NCBI GenBank assembly: GCA_008369845.1
Contig: MRSU01002597.1
Location: 1-40,696 of the forward strand
DNA length: 40,696 bases
Source: Trichomonas gallinae
Lineage: Eukaryota
Reading direction: 5' to 3'
This document shows positions 18,977 to 28,112 of the stretch, one piece after another (position 1 is the stretch's first letter; every line of letters starts with the position of its first letter). The position numbers and the translations under genes were made by a program. The notes beneath the pieces were generated by a model. It had not been told where the DNA came from and did not search any database. It saw only the letters and a list, made by a program, of their open reading frames with translations.

Positions 18977-19864
18977 TCATAATAATGAATTGCATTCAGT
19001 TATCATATTAATGAATGTAAAATAAAAATGATAAACTCTACAAGTATCATTAATTTCAAATTCATTTTCAGCAAGGAACAAAAACGCTTCATAATTTCCG
19101 TTATAAATCGCTTCCATTGCATTAAATTCTCCAATCAGCTCTTTAGCTTCGATCATCCATTCGAATACTTCATTATGATGATAGTTAATTGCTGCTTGCA
19201 AATGCTCGTTTTTTAATTTTAAGCCATCATTATATAGTGATAAGATGATGTTTTTGTTGCCACCTTCAGCTGCGTAAATTGATGTTTTATCAGTTATTTC
19301 GGCTCCAAGCAGCTTCAAATACATAAAACATTCTTCAGATCCGTATTTGGATGCAATATCAATCAAAGAAAGATCATTGCATTTCTGATTTATATCAAAA
19401 CTGCCGCTTTTATATGCTTCTTCAAGGAAAGTTAATTCATTCCATGCACAAGCGTGAAAAACAGTATCAGCAGGGTAAATGCTAAGGATTTCATCATAAT
19501 TTTTGCATGGAGATGGAATTCCATAGTTTAAACCCATACTATTGAGGATAACATTAAATTCAGCGTCTAGTGGCTCAAAATCAAATTCATACTTATTTAA
19601 TAAGCATCTGAAAATTGATGCATAAATTAAAATATTCTTTGGGCGAATTCGCGGCATGGAACAGACTAAATATGCAATAGTTTCCTTAGTGACGCGTTTT
19701 TCATCGATATATTCGCATATTTCGTCGTATATCGAATTTATTTTCTCATCTTCATGCGGAATGTTCACAAGTTCCTTCTCCAATTTAATAATTGGCTGAT
19801 AACATGGCGTAATTTCTAGATCTTCAATCTTTTTTACCTTGAGAAGACTGTGAATAGTTTGCAT
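18977..19864 (-). CDS. DUF3447-type ankyrin repeat protein (5' part of an interrupted gene)
   Basis: ATG 19864; SLIDIASKYGSEECFMYL, YAAEGGNKNII, AAINYHHNEVFEWM; ORF runs into AT-rich spacer after ...FEINDTCR (19037). Confidence 0.85.
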   Translation of the reverse strand: MQTIHSLLKVKKIEDLEITPCYQPIIKLEKELVNIPHEDEKINSIYDEICEYIDEKRVTKETIAYLVCSMPRIRPKNILIYASIFRCLLNKYEFDFEPLDAEFNVILNSMGLNYGIPSPCKNYDEILSIYPADTVFHACAWNELTFLEEAYKSGSFDINQKCNDLSLIDIASKYGSEECFMYLKLLGAEITDKTSIYAAEGGNKNIILSLYNDGLKLKNEHLQAAINYHHNEVFEWMIEAKELIGEFNAMEAIYNGNYEAFLFLAENEFEINDTCRVYHFYFTFINMITECNSLL

Positions 19865-20339
19865 CAATTTTTTGTGATTAAAATTCTGTCATTTTCTGTA
19901 TAATTCCATAAACAAACGATAATAATCAGTTCTTTGCAATCCAAAGACAAGCTGTCAGGAGATTTTTATTCGTTCATTTAATAAACAGCAATCAATAGTT
20001 TTGGGACTGATATTAGCAATATTTTATCGAGAATTAACTAATGATTGAGCGATAACCTCAAAATCACGATAAAATAAATGAATTTTGATATTTTAAATAA
20101 AATTGATTTTTAATATCATAGCTAGATTATATGTTACAATTTAATCATATGTATACTGATAATAAGTGCAAAATAAGAAAAAAAATTCAATCTAATTTAT
20201 TGGACTAATGAATGAATTGATTACAAATATGCTACAGCAAAATGAATGAACACTAAATTGTCAATAGTCTTCATAAACAAAGCCGTGTAGTTCTAGGAAT
20301 ATTAAAATAGTTAAAATAAAAAATAAATCATAAAACGCT

Positions 20340-23300
20340 TTATTCAAGGATGTTATTCTTAATAAACTCACAAACTTCACCGAGAGTAGCATAATGCTCT
20401 CTCTGTGGCAGTATTGGTGGCAAACTCTTCGGGTCAGCGATCTTGAAACCTTTTCTTGGTGAAATAAGAGGAGCGACGATAGCAGATATATCTGGGAACT
20501 CTTTTTCTTCTTTGACGAGTGTGCGAATGATCTTCGCGTTGTCAGATGATAGTGATCTGTAGTTCTCATCTGTGGCACCAATGAGCATGTGTGCGATTGC
20601 GACGCTGAGGCATGCAGGATTCAAGATGTGCTTGTTATCCGTCCAGTCGCTTGTGATGATTCTCAGCATTGTAAGAGCATTGGCTGGAACGTCCTCCATC
20701 ATTGTTGTAGCGGCCCATGCCTGCAAGTATGACATGATGTAGGAAACCTGTGGGCCAGTCCAGTACTTCTTCAATATTTCGATGAGGTCGTTGTAATTTT
20801 CTGGAGGGTCTATGCCTAAAAGTGGCTGCGATATCATCAGCGACAAACCTTTAGTTTCAATTCTCCTGATTGAGTCGAAGAGGAATAATATAGCTGATGT
20901 CAAAGAGTACTTAGTGTCTGATATAGCGAGAAGGCTGCCGACTTCCAGCAAGAATGTCAATGATGCGCTGAAGTTAGGTGACATGAATGAATCCGCGCTT
21001 GCGAGTGTCTTAATGACACCTTCAACTACAGCTTGTTCTCCACCGTGTTCTTTGATGACCCAATCGAGCGTGCTGGTGATTGTCGAAGCCTCGCTTGATA
21101 ACTGAACAGCTTCGACGAAGCCTGGTAAGTGCTTCGTGATGAGCTTCAGGAACTGTAAGTCGCCAGTTGTTGAAATGACGAAAATGATAACATCGACGAA
21201 GCCACCGATGTGTTCGGCACGAGCATTCTGTCTGACAACACCAGTGAGGATAGGAAGCATGCGGCCGACTGTCTCCAAGTCGCCTGCCTGTGCGCTGTTC
21301 ATGAAGTTGTTGAGGAAAGCGGATGAGTGTCTTGGCTGGAAGAAGTTTGAGAACAATGTCCAGAAGTCTGCTGAATACTTTGTAAGTGATGCGGCCTTGT
21401 CTGCGCAGACATCGAGGAAGAGTTCTGCAGTGAGGAGAGAGAACTTCTTGAGCGTGGCAAGAAGAAGCTCCATCTGCGGAATCGTGAATTCTGTTGTGTA
21501 TCTGAATGGAAGAACGACAGCATTAGCAACACACTCAGATGGCTTCATGACGAAGAGCGGTAAGTCGCTGGATGGAACAGCAGCGTGAGAAACGGAGATC
21601 AAAAGTGGAGGAATCATATGTGATTCGTAAAGTGGGTTGAATCTCAAGAAAATCGCCCAAGCGAGAATGTACTGGATCTTGTCCATCCAGCAGACATTGA
21701 ATCTCTGGACATCAATTTCAAGGGAGAAGATGTATGACATGCAGGCAGATGCAGCAAGTTCTGAAGCTGTTGGTGTGAAGTTGTCGAATGTCATCTTTGG
21801 ATCTTGAATGATGCGAAGCTTCGATATCAAGAACTGAGCAGTGATTTTAGATTGCTGCAGGAAAGCGCGCTGGAAAGCAATGCAAACAGCGCATAACTGT
21901 TTGGACTCGTTGACAGACACGAACTTGCTCAAAAGCATCTCGAAGATATCCTGGATCTTGACAGGTGGATTCTTGAAGATTATATCCCAGATAGGAAGAA
22001 GAGGCTTGATTGGTGTCAAGTCTGTGAAATCTGTTATAGCAGTGAACTTGAGAAGCTGCTCGATCTGTTCTATGCTAGTGATTGTCCTGAACCTGCTGGC
22101 TATGAACTGGAGGTGCGGCAAGATTGTTCCATTTGCTGCTGTGCTGCCGACAACTTCTGGGAGTAATGTGAAGACGAAATCTCTAGAATCGTTGTCAAGG
22201 AACTGGCTGAAGTGGGCGACAATCTGATCTTCGAAGTCTGCTTCGAGATAAGCCATTGGATGGAACTTTCCTTCAGCTACGTTGTTAGCGATTTCAGCTG
22301 CGATTGCCCTGCAGACGATATTTGGCCTCGAGCATAATCCGAGAGCGAGAACAGCTTGATAAAGTGGTTTGATGTTTGAAATTGCGATGGCGGCAGCGAC
22401 GTGTGCTGTTGTGTAGATAGATGTTCTGAAGCAGGACTTGATGATGGAGGCCATGCATTCCTGGTTCATCATGATGATTGTCTGGAGCAATTCATGGCAC
22501 TTTGCCTGCAGCAAGACTGAGCCTTTAGTCTTAAGAGCGATGAATGTTGTCCAGTCGATTAAATCTTCGATGACTTGATCAGACAATCTCCATGTTGTTA
22601 CGAATGCGTGGACAAGTTCGAGCATTGCGTAAACGTGGGAAATATCTGGTAAAGTGATAGAGTCTGGATTCAATCTCGCGATGATTGAGTTGATGTGCTG
22701 ATAAACATCCTGGAATTCTTCGGAATTTGTCAAATATTCAGAAGAAGCTCTAACCAATGTCGCGCAAAATTCTGATGCAGAAACATCAGCCTGTTGCTCG
22801 TCTTCGTTCCTTGGGGCTGGAGAAACAATGAATGCTTTGAGTAGCTGAATCAATAAATCTGTTAATGTTCTGTTCTCGTTCACAGCCTTCTTGAAATTCT
22901 TGTTGCAAGACATTGCGTAAGGGATCTTTAGCTTATTCCTGATGTCGAGGTCCTTAATATTCTTCAATATTTCGATGTACATTGACCAGACGTCGAATGG
23001 AAGCATCGTCGTGATGTTGATAAGCTCTTGTCTTGGTAATGTAGACAAAACTTTCAGCATCTTAGAGACTCCTTGCTGCATCAAATTCTCGTTGTTGACG
23101 AAATATTCGTGTCTGCATAAAATGTACAAGAACTTCGCCAATCTAACTCTGAACTCTTTCAAGTGATTATCAGCTGAGTTGAACGTCATAATCAGAGAAG
23201 TGATTCTCTGCTCAATGCCTTCTTGCATCAAGATCTTGATCAAAGAATTCAAGTCGATATCGGTAATATTCGGAATCAAATTTGCAAGAGTCTTGGCATT

Positions 23301-25142
23301 AGGAGCAATGCTCGTGATGCTGCCTGATCTCATCATCTCCCATATGTCTTGAACTGTGTCCAAGATGTTCTGTGCAGGGAAGAAAGAGAACATGATGAGC
23401 TTGTTTTCTGTCGCCTTGAGAACCCTTATGAATTGCTCCTGGTCGACGACATTGTCGCCTCTCTTCGCGTAAATTAAGATAGATCTGAAGAATGCGTGAT
23501 AAATGTTGAAGACAGAGTTAATCTGTTGTGAAGAAATGTCAATTTCTGTTCTCTTCAAGAACTGTATCGCGAATGTTGTGATGAGGTTGATTGGCATTGT
23601 GCCGACAGGATAGTTCTCCATGATGTCTGTGAAGAAGGTTGACGCGTGTGTTAAAACGGTGATATCATTCGATTTGATGAATCTCGACATTAATGACGTA
23701 ATCAAGCCGTGCATATTTGTCTCGTTCTGCCATAATATACTTAAAAGAGGGGCGAATAGCTTGAGAGTGTTCGGTGGTATGTCTTGTTGGTTGCACATGT
23801 CTGTGACAACTGGCGCAATCATCGATGTTAAGCCGCTCATGTTTTCTTTTGTGATGCAGATGATGATCTGGATTGTCTGGACGATCCTGGTGTAGAGTGG
23901 ATGCGATTCGCCTGCCTGTATGATTGGTGTCGCGAGTTCTTTGAATTGATCTGGGGCGCAAAAGTGAATCTTAGATGCAATCTGCATCCAGTAGTCTGTA
24001 TCATTTGCATATGTAGATGTGAAGTTGCTTGTCTTGTCAAACCATTTACCAAGGAAGTATTTGACGACTTCAGCAGCGATTGCTGGTTTTTCGACAAGAG
24101 AATCGAGATACAAGCCAATAAGCCTGAAGTATACCATGCCACCGAGCTTGGAATAGTGCTTGTTCAACGAATGCGAGAATTTTTGTGCTAATGGTGCGAT
24201 TTCTGTTTCACTCGCGATTTTTGTGAGCTGGAACAAGAGAGTAAACCAGTCTTCAGATGGAGAGTCCAAAGCATATTTGGCTAAATTGGCGTAAAACAAA
24301 GTGATATAAGATGAAATGTAATGTTTTTCTGGTGAATTCTCGTTAATGAAGTAGAATGTCTTTGTAATGAGCGAAGCAACTGGCTGCAATGACCATTTAC
24401 CCTTCAACTGACTGAGAATTTGAACCATACTAGTTAATGTATCTCTTGAAGCTTCTCTGAAGTAATCGACACCCGTTGTGATAAGGTTTAGAGAGTTTTG
24501 AACCTTCGGCTCTAGTTTTAACTGCGCAATTGAAGTAATCATTTCCCAAATTTGAGCGGAAATCGCCGAGTTAACTGTCATCAAGTTGATAATGATACCT
24601 TCTGTACCATTACCTTTCTTTCTTTTGAGTAAAACGTTCAATAACAGTTCGAAAATTGAATGATCAAGCGCTGCGAGCTCTTCGACTGGAATTTGTTTGA
24701 TAAATGTGCCAAGATAATCAAGTAAAGTGATAATATAGTTGTATCCTTGTTTTGGAATGTGTAATCCTGATCTTCCTTTAGTTCTTTCTCTACGAATTTC
24801 TTTTCCTGGTTTCAAAGTGCGTACACCCCATATTATAATATGTTGAATAGCAACAGCAATCGAACTCGTGATAAAATTGCGTGTTTCATCATCAGCAAGA
24901 TGATTAATATGTAATTCGAGCACTTTTTGATGTAAGCGGATATCTTCTTGGCTTAATTCGTCGAATTTTTCTGGTATTTGCTTAAAATAAAGAGCAAAAT
25001 TAGAATTTTGCATATATCCAGCCGAAGAATACACGTTCTCCACCGCGAGCTTGCGGTCCACACCCAGATCTTTCATGAATCCGAATAAGGAGACGGCTGC
25101 CCACTGCCTGATTAAAATTTCGATTTTTTCTTGGATATTCAT
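20340..25142 (-). CDS. large hypothetical alpha-solenoid (ARM/HEAT-like) protein
   Basis: 1600-aa uninterrupted ORF rich in amphipathic helices; no catalytic motif recognised. Confidence 0.85.
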   Translation of the reverse strand: MNIQEKIEILIRQWAAVSLFGFMKDLGVDRKLAVENVYSSAGYMQNSNFALYFKQIPEKFDELSQEDIRLHQKVLELHINHLADDETRNFITSSIAVAIQHIIIWGVRTLKPGKEIRRERTKGRSGLHIPKQGYNYIITLLDYLGTFIKQIPVEELAALDHSIFELLLNVLLKRKKGNGTEGIIINLMTVNSAISAQIWEMITSIAQLKLEPKVQNSLNLITTGVDYFREASRDTLTSMVQILSQLKGKWSLQPVASLITKTFYFINENSPEKHYISSYITLFYANLAKYALDSPSEDWFTLLFQLTKIASETEIAPLAQKFSHSLNKHYSKLGGMVYFRLIGLYLDSLVEKPAIAAEVVKYFLGKWFDKTSNFTSTYANDTDYWMQIASKIHFCAPDQFKELATPIIQAGESHPLYTRIVQTIQIIICITKENMSGLTSMIAPVVTDMCNQQDIPPNTLKLFAPLLSILWQNETNMHGLITSLMSRFIKSNDITVLTHASTFFTDIMENYPVGTMPINLITTFAIQFLKRTEIDISSQQINSVFNIYHAFFRSILIYAKRGDNVVDQEQFIRVLKATENKLIMFSFFPAQNILDTVQDIWEMMRSGSITSIAPNAKTLANLIPNITDIDLNSLIKILMQEGIEQRITSLIMTFNSADNHLKEFRVRLAKFLYILCRHEYFVNNENLMQQGVSKMLKVLSTLPRQELINITTMLPFDVWSMYIEILKNIKDLDIRNKLKIPYAMSCNKNFKKAVNENRTLTDLLIQLLKAFIVSPAPRNEDEQQADVSASEFCATLVRASSEYLTNSEEFQDVYQHINSIIARLNPDSITLPDISHVYAMLELVHAFVTTWRLSDQVIEDLIDWTTFIALKTKGSVLLQAKCHELLQTIIMMNQECMASIIKSCFRTSIYTTAHVAAAIAISNIKPLYQAVLALGLCSRPNIVCRAIAAEIANNVAEGKFHPMAYLEADFEDQIVAHFSQFLDNDSRDFVFTLLPEVVGSTAANGTILPHLQFIASRFRTITSIEQIEQLLKFTAITDFTDLTPIKPLLPIWDIIFKNPPVKIQDIFEMLLSKFVSVNESKQLCAVCIAFQRAFLQQSKITAQFLISKLRIIQDPKMTFDNFTPTASELAASACMSYIFSLEIDVQRFNVCWMDKIQYILAWAIFLRFNPLYESHMIPPLLISVSHAAVPSSDLPLFVMKPSECVANAVVLPFRYTTEFTIPQMELLLATLKKFSLLTAELFLDVCADKAASLTKYSADFWTLFSNFFQPRHSSAFLNNFMNSAQAGDLETVGRMLPILTGVVRQNARAEHIGGFVDVIIFVISTTGDLQFLKLITKHLPGFVEAVQLSSEASTITSTLDWVIKEHGGEQAVVEGVIKTLASADSFMSPNFSASLTFLLEVGSLLAISDTKYSLTSAILFLFDSIRRIETKGLSLMISQPLLGIDPPENYNDLIEILKKYWTGPQVSYIMSYLQAWAATTMMEDVPANALTMLRIITSDWTDNKHILNPACLSVAIAHMLIGATDENYRSLSSDNAKIIRTLVKEEKEFPDISAIVAPLISPRKGFKIADPKSLPPILPQREHYATLGEVCEFIKNNILE

Positions 25143-26100
25143 ATAAAAATAAATATTTTTGTTGTTTTATTTTTTTATACCAACAAAATAAATTTATTCT
25201 CTTCTTGCTGTACACTTCACATATCTCTCGATTCGGATTATCCTTTTCAAGTTTTCAATAAAAAAATTCCTGAAATTACATCTTTTTATCTTTTAATCTG
25301 TGGATTTTTCATTAGATTATCGAGCGCATTCTGTTTTCATTAATAATTTTGGAGATTACGAAAAGAAAATTGGAATTTTTTACTGCAATTTTGTTTTATT
25401 TTATCATATTTGTATTGTATATCTAAAATAAATCACAATCTCATATTTATTATGTGTATTTAATGATTAATTTTATCGTTTTTTTGAAATTTTTTAAATT
25501 TTTCAAGAAAAAATTATACATTTTATATTGCATCAAGAAATAAAAATCATAATTATATAATTTTGACACGAAAATAATATGAAATTTCATCATATCCCAT
25601 CGTTATCATATCAATGAACCTAAAATTAATACATTTTAACAACATAATTTTTAAATTTGATTATTTTAACAATTATTACTGGTAAATAATGTTATTTCTT
25701 AATGATTTATATACTTTATATTGTCACTTAATTTGATACATGCACAAAATTATATAATAGTGTTTGTTGAATGTTTTTGCTGAAACAAAATTCTTCCGAG
25801 AAAAATGTTGGAAAAAAATTCGGTAATTTTAACACAAAAATATTTAACTCATATTTATTATATCAATCAACATAAAATTGTCCAATTTTGAAAACATTGA
25901 TTTTAAATTTCATTATTTTCACAATCATTATTAGGAAGTCATATTCTTTCTTAATAAATTATATTCTTCACATTGTTAATTATCATAACATATATATAGA
26001 ATTAAGTAATATTTTTTATGTAATGTTTTTGCTGAAGCGAAATTAGTCCGAGAAGAAGAAGAAAAATTAGGGAGAGACAAAATTCTTCAGGGGAGAAAAA

Positions 26101-27435
26101 ATGAAATGCTCGTCGCCCACGGACGGGGAGTCAGAGGACTGGCTTGACATCCGCATGTCCACAAGCAAGGACATCCCAGAGCATTACTTCTCCAAAGAAT
26201 GGGCGAGGAGATTAATCGACGACAATCCAATTGAAGTGCCATTTGGCGGCCTGCACAACCTAGGCAACTCCTGCTTCCTTAACTCTGTTCTTCAGTGCCT
26301 GGCTTATACACCTGGCCTTGAAAGACTTGCGAATTCTCTTCCGAACGTCATATTAGAAAATTGTTCGGGCAAACCATGCTTTTTATACCATTTTGGGCAG
26401 CTATGCAAAGCTCTTCGCACATTGCCTATATCGGCACCGCATGTTTTCTTCGCTAATATGCGCCAGGTGAGCTCAGATATGGAATGCGGAATTCAACAAG
26501 ATGCACACGAATATTTATTCGCTCTATTGAACCATTTCGACGACGAGTGCTCTTTATCGAAAGAAAAATGCGCTGTCAACTTAGATACACCTGTTCACTC
26601 ATTTTTCGGTGGACAGTTCAGAGAAACGAAAATTTGCGCAACATGCGGACATAATGATCAAACAACGTCAAGATTTCTCGATATTACGCTTCCTTTAGAT
26701 GCAGATACTCTTGAAGGCTGTTTTGATAGCTTTATGAAGCCAAGAAATGTAGGAAGCAACTACATATGCGAGCATTGCAAACAAGCCGGTACCTGTTCTA
26801 CAAGAACTAAATTTGCTGATACACCAAATATTTTAATTATAACAATGATGAGATTTACAGCCACGGCAAATAAAGATGAACGACCAGTAGATTTCGGATT
26901 GAACATAGATCTTAAAGATTTCGTTGAAGAAGGTGTAGATCATTTTTATGAGCTTTTCGCAGTTATAAATCACAGTGGCCACCAGGTAAATCGTGGTCAC
27001 TTCACATGCATGGTCAAGTGTAACAATGGATCATGGTATAACTGTGATGACACAAAGATTACAAAAGATGCATCTCAAAATGTCCTTGATTCTAAACCTT
27101 ACGTTTTATTCTACAAGAGAACAAAGGGCCCAGTGATGGAGCCCGTATACGTTACTTTCGGAATTATGCCAAAGGAAAAGAAAAAAATCCAGCCGAAATC
27201 AGTCAGAACGAGGCGCCGCGTCAAAATCGAAGAAGAAGAGGAAGAACAGGACGAAATAATGGCACAGCAACATAACATGCCAAAGAATCCATTTGATGGC
27301 TTCGTTAGTGAAGTTTCTGATGGAGATCAGGATTTGATAGACGATGGTGAAATGATTGTCGAGAAAACGTTCCACAAACAGGATAAGAAACTCATCACCG
27401 TGCAATTCTTCTGCGCAGCTTCAAAGAAGAAATAA
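26101..27435 (+). CDS. ubiquitin-specific protease (family C19)
   Basis: Cys box GLHNLGNSCFLNSVLQCL, QQDAHEY, two CxxC pairs, His box GHFTCMVK..WYNCDD, YVLFY. Confidence 0.95.
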   Translation: MKCSSPTDGESEDWLDIRMSTSKDIPEHYFSKEWARRLIDDNPIEVPFGGLHNLGNSCFLNSVLQCLAYTPGLERLANSLPNVILENCSGKPCFLYHFGQLCKALRTLPISAPHVFFANMRQVSSDMECGIQQDAHEYLFALLNHFDDECSLSKEKCAVNLDTPVHSFFGGQFRETKICATCGHNDQTTSRFLDITLPLDADTLEGCFDSFMKPRNVGSNYICEHCKQAGTCSTRTKFADTPNILIITMMRFTATANKDERPVDFGLNIDLKDFVEEGVDHFYELFAVINHSGHQVNRGHFTCMVKCNNGSWYNCDDTKITKDASQNVLDSKPYVLFYKRTKGPVMEPVYVTFGIMPKEKKKIQPKSVRTRRRVKIEEEEEEQDEIMAQQHNMPKNPFDGFVSEVSDGDQDLIDDGEMIVEKTFHKQDKKLITVQFFCAASKKK

Positions 27436-27623
27436 TATTAGATTGAATATTTTTATAGATTATTGTTCTAAAAAATTGTCAAATTATATTGATTACGCAC
27501 ATGTTTTGGAATACAATCCATCAAATCACATTTGAAAATTGTGATTTATTTTTATATTCAATTTCTTAAATTAGTTGTAATGAATCAACGGCATATTTTT
27601 CAACATAAAAAATTATTTAAAAT

Positions 27624-27960
27624 TTAATTAAGCTCATAATGGCTTGTAATCAATTCATTAAAATTGCTGAAGAAGTTTGACAATCTCAGAATGATTTCTG
27701 AAGCAATATCTAAGGCTGTCTTGTTAATTTTATCTCGTGCGTTTACATCAATTGCAAGGAGAAACTTGACAATTTCAGTACGTTCATAATCTGAAGCTTT
27801 CATTAAAGCTGTTTGTTTTATATCATCTTGTGCGTTTACATCAATTCCATTAACCACAAGAAGAAGTATAACATTTTCGGTCTATCCATTAACTGAAGCT
27901 CTAATTAAAGCTGTTTCTACGAATTTATCGTGCGTTGATATCTAATTCTGGAATTGTGAG
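27624..27960 (-). pseudogene. ankyrin repeat pseudogene fragment
   Basis: LTIPELDINAR / frameshift / DKFVETALIRASVNG-stop-TENVILLL..GIDVNAQDDIKQTALMKAS...DVNARDKINKTALDIAS; frameshift, internal TAG and a short deletion; no 5' part. Confidence 0.8.
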
Positions 27961-28112
27961 AGATTTCGAGAATTATAGGATCTGAACTTTGTTGCTCTAT
28001 TGTTTTATTTTGCATTGATATTTTCGCCCCACCCAGTCTATTTTGGGTATTATATTATCATCGATTAAAAAAAAGTTCATATTTGATATCAACAAACAAC
28101 AAACTAATTTAT

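Noticed and set aside
27624..27960. Second ankyrin locus as another spacer-interrupted gene
   Set aside because: Repeats are contiguous with ordinary decay (frameshift, stop, deletion) and no AT-rich spacers; it serves as a contrast case
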